A stretch of 64,000 nt of DNA from the human T2T-CHM13v2.0 reference genome, Homo sapiens, in assembly GCF_009914755.1 (NCBI RefSeq), contig NC_060939.1; one strand, 5' to 3'. The translations under genes and the position numbers were made by a program. Of the stretch, positions 52,509 through 64,000 are shown one piece after another. Under the pieces are notes generated by a model that was not told the DNA's origin, made no database searches, and worked only from the letters and a program-made list of their open reading frames with translations. Positions within the stretch are counted from its first letter, which is position 1; every line of letters begins with the position of its first letter.

Positions 52509-52694
52509 TCAGCTCTCTCTGCTTACATTTTCCCATAATCCTTTCCCAAACATTGGCTTTTAGGAAGTTGACCCATAGCGATCCCAGGTGGTCTAGGTTG
52601 TTTTGTCTTCTTTTATTTACCAACCCATAACCCTGAGGTACATCACTTTATGTATATTAATGTTGGACAAAATGTTCAGTATGTTAGTCTAGAG

Positions 52695-52899
52695 CAGTGG
52701 TTCTCATCTGAGGGCCATTTTGCCACCTGGGGCAAAATGTCTGGAAACATTTTTAATTGCCATGACTGGAGAATGCTACTAGTGCCTAGTGGGTTGTGGC
52801 CAGAGATGCTGCTAAACATCCTACAGTGCACAGGACAGCCCCCATGACAAATAATTATTCTGGTCTAGATGTCGGTAGTGCCAAAATTGAGAAACTCTG
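52695..52899 (+). mobile_element. MER20 (hAT-Charlie) DNA transposon, complete
   Basis: TIRs CAGTGGTTCTCA...TGAGAAACTCTG; 8-bp TSD GTCTAGAG / GTCTAGGT; internal CCAGAGATGCTGCTAAACATCCTACAGTGCACAGGACAGCCCC. Confidence 0.92.
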
Positions 52900-53184
52900 G
52901 TCTAGGTAAGTATATGATATCAGAGTGATGTAATGCTATATTGTTTTATGTTTGTAATTGTCTTACCATAATCAAATGAAATATTCTTTACCATTATCTC
53001 CCACACTAACTCTCAGTAGCAACCTTTCTTATGCTGTGGTTCTTCATCTTTGATTGGCATGTAATGAAGCTGTTGCCCTTCCTTTTGGCTGGCATGAAGC
53101 AGCTTAGGACTTCTTTAGAAAGTTTCTAGCACAGGTGTTGGATGTAGCATAAAGGGGGAAGGAATACAGTTGCTAAGCCTTTGG

Positions 53185-54250
53185 ACGTAATCATCACCCC
53201 AAATGGAAACCCCATACTCATTAAGCATGGGGTTAAGCATACCTATTAAGCATACGTATTTCCCCCTTCTCTCATCCCCTGGCAACCATAAATCTACCTT
53301 CTTTTTCTCTCTGGACAATTCATATAAATGGAATTATATGGCCCTCTCATAACTGACTTCTTCTGGCTGGACACGGTGGCTCATGCCTGTAATTCTAGCA
53401 CTTTGGGAGGCCAAGGCGGGCGGATCACCTGAGATCAGGAGTTCGAGACCAGGCTGGCCAACATGGGGAAACCCCGTCTCTATTAAAAATACAAAAATTA
53501 GCGTGGCGTGGTGGTGGGCGCCTGTGCGTGGTGGTGGGCGCCTGTAATCCAAGCTACTCAGGAGGCTGAGGCAGGAGAATTGCTTGAACTTGGGAGGTGG
53601 AGGTTGCAGTGAGCCCAGATTGTGCTGCTGTATTCCAGCCTGGGCGACAGAGAGAGACTTTGTCTCAAACAAACAAACTGACTTCTTCTACTTAACATGA
53701 TGTTTTTAAGGTTCATCCATGATGTAGCATATACCAGTACTTCATTCCTTTTTATGGCTGAATAAATAGTCTGTCATATGGATATGCCACATTTGTGTAT
53801 CCATTCAGCAGTTAGTAAACATTTGAGTTTACACCTTTTGAGTATTGCAAATAGTGTTGCTTTAAACATTTTTGGGTGCACATATGTTTTAATTTCTCTT
53901 GGACGTATACCTAGGAGTGGAATGGTGGGTCATATGAGTTGTCTTTTCACTCTCTTTGTAGTGTTCTTTAAAGCACAAAAGTTTTTAATTTTGATGAAGT
54001 CCAGTTTCTTTAATATTTCTTTCAGTGCTTGTGCTTTTGGTATCATATATAAGAAACCATTGCCAAATCCAGTGTCCCAAAGGCTTATCCTATATCTTCT
54101 TGTAAGGGCTTTATGGTTTTAGTTCTTATATTAAGGTCTTTTGATTTATTTTGAGTTGGTTTTGTATATGGTGTCAGAGAAGAGTCCAACATCATTTTTT
54201 TTTGCATGTGGATATCCAGTTGTACCAGCACCATTCGTTGAAGACGCTAT
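53185..54250 (-). mobile_element. L1M (L1MB/ME-like) fragment with an Alu insertion
   Basis: Antisense L1 text: CCCCTGGCAACCATAAATCTAC, GGTTCATCCATGATGTAGCAT, ATACCTAGGAGTGGAAT, GCATGTGGATATCCAGTTGTACCAGCACCATT. Confidence 0.82.
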
Positions 54251-54509
54251 TAAAACTATGTGAATTTACACTTGAAAAATAACTAGACTAGAAATCCCTA
54301 TTTGTAATTTTAGCTCCAATACTTAAAAATTCCTTTGAGTTTATACTTGCCTCATAAATTCAGACTTAACCACCCAGTAAAGACTTAAAATTTATATTCT
54401 GAGTTCTTTTCTTCTTTGTAGAAAGTGGGTGGTTTCTAAATGTGTGTGTTTTTATCATGTTTGCTGTGTGCTGGAAAATAATCGAAAAGTTTTTTTTTTA
54501 ATGAGCTGT

Positions 54510-57960
<3,451 letters not shown>

Positions 57961-58592
57961 CCTTCACCTTAAGAAGGCAGTTGTAGTTATTAGGAGAAAG
58001 ATTTTCACTTCAACAATTTTTTTTTTTTTTTTTTACTTTCCTCTTTCAAGGTGCTCCATGTCTGGGCCTGAAGCCAAATTCTGCAGAGTGAGAGGCTACA
58101 GTGTACAGTCTGGGGCATTCTGCATTCCTTTGTAGTGATCAGCTCCAGTGGAACATAAGGCAGAACTGTGGAAGGCTTTGGTTAGAATGGAGCTTCTTCA
58201 GAGTGCTTTCAGAGACTCACTCCGAAGCATGCTTTATAGAACAGTCATTCCTTGGTCTATCAATAGGTGTTATGTTAAAAAAAAAAAAAAAAAGCAAAAA
58301 GTTATTGACTAAAATTTGTGAAAACCTTGGTCAACAAGGTTAAATAGGCTACCTAATTACTAGATTTCACCACATCTTTAATTTACCTGGGTGAATTGGG
58401 AACATTCAAGGGAGAAGTGTTTGCCAAATTGATTTGCAATTTCCCTGTCTGCCTTTTTACATGGACCATCTCTTCAGATTGATATTTCACGGAATATAAA
58501 TATACACTGTAACCTTATAAACCTTACTTTCTTCAGATGCCATTATTTTGGGTAAGATATTTCTACCATTGCCATAGAGATTGTTTTTTCTA

Positions 58593-58809
<217 letters not shown>

Positions 58810-59645
58810 TTAAAATAGGAACAAAATCCAGGTGAGGTTTCTTACCAAAAAAAAAAAAAGGAACAGAAGCAAACTTCCCAGCTAAAGGGCCCATTTTTAG
58901 TCTAAGAAGGTTCACCTAATGCTGAACAATGAATAATAAAGAATACTTCACAATAAGATATATATAGATGAAATTTCAGAATATCAAGAGGAGATATTTA
59001 AGACTTTCTTTCTTTCTTTCTTTTTTTTTTTTTGAGACAGAGTCTCGCTCTGTCACCAGGCTGGAGTGCAGAGGCACAATCTCGGCTCACTGCAGCCAAG
59101 TTCACCGCTTCCGGGTTCAAGTGATTCTCCTGCCTCAGCCTCCAGAGTAGCTGCAATTATAGGCGTGCACTACCACGCCCAGTGAATTTTTTTATTTTTA
59201 GTAGAGACGGGTTTCACCATGTTGGCCAGGATGGTCTCGATCTCTTGACCTTGTGACCCACCCACCTCAGCCTCCCAAAGTGCTAGGATTACAGGTGTGA
59301 GCCACTGTGCCTGGCCCAGAGGATGTTTTTAAAGCAAACTTTATTGAAGTATAACATACAGAAAAGTGCACAAATCAAAAGCATTGGACATGATAAATTT
59401 TCACCAAGGGAAGACTATCCAGCCTCCAGATGAAGAAACTGATTATTACCAATACCCAGAAGCTTCCCTTATGCTCCTTTTGTCTTTACCTGCTCCCCTC
59501 CCCAAAGGGTAATCATTATCCTGCCTTGTAACTCCATAGATTACATCAGAACAAAGAATATTTAAAGAAGAGAAACCATCTTTGTGTTCAGATACTGACC
59601 AGGCTCTTACCTTAACCTGACCTGCAAAAGACCACTTTAGGACCC

Positions 59646-59980
59646 CTGGGGTCCCCAACCTCTGGGTTGCAGACCAGTACCAGTCTGTGGCCAGTTAGGA
59701 ACCGGGCTACACAGCAGGAGGTGAACAGAATGCAAGTGAGCATTATCACCTGAGCACCGCCTCCGGTCAGATCAGTGGCGGCACTAGATTCTCATAGGAA
59801 CAGAAACCCTATTGTGAACTGCCCATGTGAGGGATCTAGACTGAGTGCTCCTTATGAGAATCTAATGCCTGCTGATCTGAGGTTGAACAGTGTCATCCTG
59901 AAACTATCCTGTCTACCCCCAGGAGAAAAATTATTTTCCATAAAACTGGTCCCTGGTCCCAAAAAGGCTGGGGATCGCTG
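59646..59980 (+). mobile_element. MER1B (hAT-Charlie) DNA transposon
   Basis: C.GGGGTCCCCAACC start, GTCAGATCAGTGGCGGCACTAGATTCTCATAGG, CTCCTTATGAGAATCTAATGCCTG, end AAAAAGGCTGGGGATCGCTG. Confidence 0.88.
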
Positions 59981-60008
59981 CCAGCTGCCTTTTTTTTTTT
60001 TTTTTTAA

Positions 60009-60269
<261 letters not shown>

Positions 60270-60985
60270 TAATGGAAATTTTTGTCATTTCAGTGTTAAT
60301 AAATATGTTGTACCATATGCTTAACCTCTCATACTACTTAAAATGGAAAGCTGTATTTTCTTTTCTTTTTTTTTTTTGAGACAGAGTCTCGCTCTGTTGC
60401 CCAGGCTGGAGTGGTACAATCTTGGCTGACTGCAACCTCCGCCTCCCGGGTTCAAGCAGTTCTCTGCCTCAGCCTCCCAAGTAGCTGGGATTACAGGCAC
60501 CCGCCACCACGCCCGTCTGATTTTTGTATTTTTAGTAGAGACGGGGTTTTACCATCTTGGCCAGGCTCGTGTCTAACTCCTGACCTCATGATCCACCCAC
60601 CTCGGCCTCCCAAAGTGCTGGAATTACAGGAGTGAGCCACCACGCCCGGCCTGGAAAGCTGTGTTTTCTAATTGAATGTGTGTTCCAGTGGGTATGTCCT
60701 ATTAACAGATTTTAATCTCCTCATTATGTACAAGTCAACTAAAGCAACAACCTGTGGGTGCTTGAGATAGAAGTTACCTGTGAGGCTGAATCTCTCTGTA
60801 AGAGAAGGGACTTGCACAGTGAAGGTGAGCAGTATAGAGGGATGGCATGTCTGGTTACTAACAGTCTAAAAACCCTGGTTTTTCTAAGCATCCCTGTGCC
60901 CTTGAATGTTTGGAAAACCACTCCCCATTGGAAATTTCTTGGCCACAAAGAATGCCATCGTACATGGCTCTGTTCTCAGAATTGA

Positions 60986-61357
<372 letters not shown>

Positions 61358-61602
61358 TGATCCACCTGCCTCAGCCTCCCAAAGTGCTGGGATTACAGGC
61401 GTGAGCCACTGTGCCCGGCCTTCGGATGGATCTTATGCTTGTGGTGTTTAGGCCACTTTGGAGTATTTATTTTTTTCTATTAGGTTTATGTTGATGGGTA
61501 AATTTGAGAATCTAAGTTTTAGAGAAACTGCCCAGATCTACATTCTACTATAAAGCAACCAGTAATAATAACTTGTTCGTATATTATTTATTTAACAGTT
61601 GA

Positions 61603-61794
<192 letters not shown>

Positions 61795-63099
61795 TAGCTA
61801 ATTTTTTGTTTTTTTAGTAGAGACGGGGTTTCACCGTGTTAGCCAGGTTGGTCTTCATCTCTTGACCTCATGATCCTCCCGCCTCGGCCTCCCAAAGTGC
61901 TGGGATTACAGGTGTGAGCCACTGCGCCCGGCTGACAAATTATTTTTTATACTCTTTCTGTTTGTTTTGTTTTTTCTGTTTTGAAACAGGGTCTCACTCT
62001 GTCACCCAGGCTCGAGGGCAGTGATGTTACCATGGCTCCTTGCAGCCTTGACCTTCTAGGCTCAAACAATCCTCCCGCTTCAGCTTCCCAAGTAGCTGGG
62101 ACTACAGGCACGTGCCACCATGCCTGGCTAATTTTTTTTTTTTTTTTAAACTTTTTAGAGATGTGGTCTTGCTCTGTTGCCCAGGCTGGTCTCGAACTCC
62201 TAGCCTGAAGCAGTTCTTCCACCTTGGCCTCCAAAAGTGCTGGGATTATAGGCTGAGCTGCCATACCCAGCCCTCTTTCTTTTTAACTTTAATACTTTTA
62301 GCAATACTGTCCTTGATCTGGGTGACTGGAACTACATTATATATACAATCTAAATTCTAAGAGTAGAGTTAGAAAGTATCAAAGGACAGGTCCATCGGAA
62401 GGCCAAGTGTACACCTCCTTATTGAGACTGAAGTTCAGGCTAGGTTGTGCATCACCACTTGATACTAGACTTGGTATTTAAACTGCCTTTTCTCAGCTAA
62501 AGTTTCTTAAGCTTGTTAGACATTAAACTGAAGTATGTAGCCATGCAATTCAAATCAGCCTTAGTCTTAATTTAAAAGTGAGTAGTTATTGTTTCTTGAC
62601 CTCTGTCAGACAAGAGGAGCTACATTTTGATGATAGTGTAGACTTTGTATTACAGAACAAATTATGTAATAAAAGCTTAGTACATGTTTGTTGAATTAAA
62701 TAATCAGGACCTCGGTAATTTTCTCTTTCATCATCTTAAGCAATCCAGTTATCTTATGAATGACTTCTTCTGGTTCATGCATTGATATAAAATTATTACA
62801 CTAAATGGTCAAGAAGGACTAGAATCCAGGATGATTGTTCCAGAGCTTTGTGTTCAGTCCACTAGGTCAGTTTCTACCTGTGTCACCAAATGTGGTGGAG
62901 AAGAGCTTGCTGAGTTAATTAAGCACCACGTAAACGTTAAACCACAAGAGGAAAAGAGCGTGAAGTCTCCTGGGTACAGTAGGAGTATTTTATTATCTTC
63001 CGTCTTTGCTAGCATATATTACAAAGAGGGTGGAGGTATACATTTTATCTGTCTGTAAGTAAACTTCTTGAAGGCAGGAGTAAAATCTAGTTTATAATC

Positions 63100-63480
63100 T
63101 TTTTTTTAACTTTTTATCTGGAAATAATTTTAAACTTGAAGTTACAAGAACAATACAAGATAACTTTTATTCTGATACCCAGATTCACCAATTGTTAACA
63201 TTTTGTCACATACTTCACTGTTTATTTCCTATAGAAAGGACATTCTCAGATCAAAATCAAGAAAGTTGCATTTTGAAACAGTACCATTATGTAATATTCC
63301 ATATTTTATATGGTCCATGCTTCATTTTCACATATTATCCAATAATGTCCTTATAGCAGTTTTTTTCCTAGTCCGGGATCATGTGTTGGGTTTTGTTGTG
63401 TGTCTCTTTAGCCCCCCCTTGATCTGGAACAATCCTCTGCTTTTCTTTGTCCTCCATGACATTGATATTTTTGAAGACTG
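63100..63480 (-). mobile_element. Old L1MC-type 3' end fragment
   Basis: GAAATAATTTTAAACTT...ACCCAGATTCACCAATTGTTAACATTTTG...TGACATTGATATTTTTGAAGA. Confidence 0.65.
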
Positions 63481-64000
63481 CAGCACAGATAAGTTGTAGA
63501 CAGCTTTGTATTCTTGGCCCAGGAACCAACAAAAGAAAGTTTTTAAAAAATACTTATTGAAAAATTGGGGGACTGGGTGCGGTGGCTCACGCCTGTAATC
63601 CCAGGACTTTGGGAGGCTGAGGTGGGTGGATCACCTGAGGTCAGGAGTTCAAGACCAGCCTGGCCAATGTGGTAAAACCCCACCTCTACTAAAAATACAA
63701 AAATTGGCCGGGCATGGTAGCACCCGCTTGTAATGCTAGCTACTTGGGAGACTGAAGCAGTAGAATCGCTTGAACCCGGGAGGAGGAGGTTGCAGTGAAC
63801 CCAGAGATCAAGCCACTACACTCCAGCCTGGGAGCGAAACTCCATCTCAAAAAAATAAAAATAAAGAATTTGGGGGAGAGTAACTTTCATTCAAAAGGTT
63901 CAATATTAGGGCTGGGCACCGTGGCTCACTCCTGTAATCCCACCCAGCACTTTGGGAGGCCGAGGCCGGCAGATCACCTGAGGTCAGGAGTTCAAGACCA

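Overview
Human (primate) genomic DNA, recognisable as the head-to-head EXD1 / CHP1 locus (15q15.1, from recall of the protein sequences). The minus strand carries the 5' part of EXD1, a germline piRNA-pathway LSm + inactive DEDD-exonuclease-like protein. Nine EXD1 coding exons were resolved by hand with GT-AG boundaries and consistent phases (38692 down to 3877); the gene continues off the left edge. The plus strand carries exons 1-2 of CHP1 (calcineurin-like EF-hand protein 1); its later exons lie beyond the right edge. The two start codons are 877 bp apart in one shared CpG island. The rest is intron, very dense in Alu/FLAM elements (roughly half the window by eye, often nested), with older MLT1D, MER21, MER39, L1M, L2, MIR, MER20, MER1B and MER96B-like elements and a full-length 7SL RNA pseudogene. 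Nearly all ORFs in the supplied track are Alu artefacts. I found no evidence of a wholly new multi-gene system. The most interesting signals are: (1) EXD1's first AUG is either the start of the LSm-less isoform or, when exons 2-3 are included, an in-frame uORF stopped 24 nt before the LSm-isoform AUG; (2) an Alu flanked by an 83-bp direct repeat; (3) several Alu-templated fold-back / template-switch rearrangements (56.5-57.0 kb, 54.8-55.2 kb, 33.9 kb). Repeat family names come from recalled consensus sequences and were not checked against a database.
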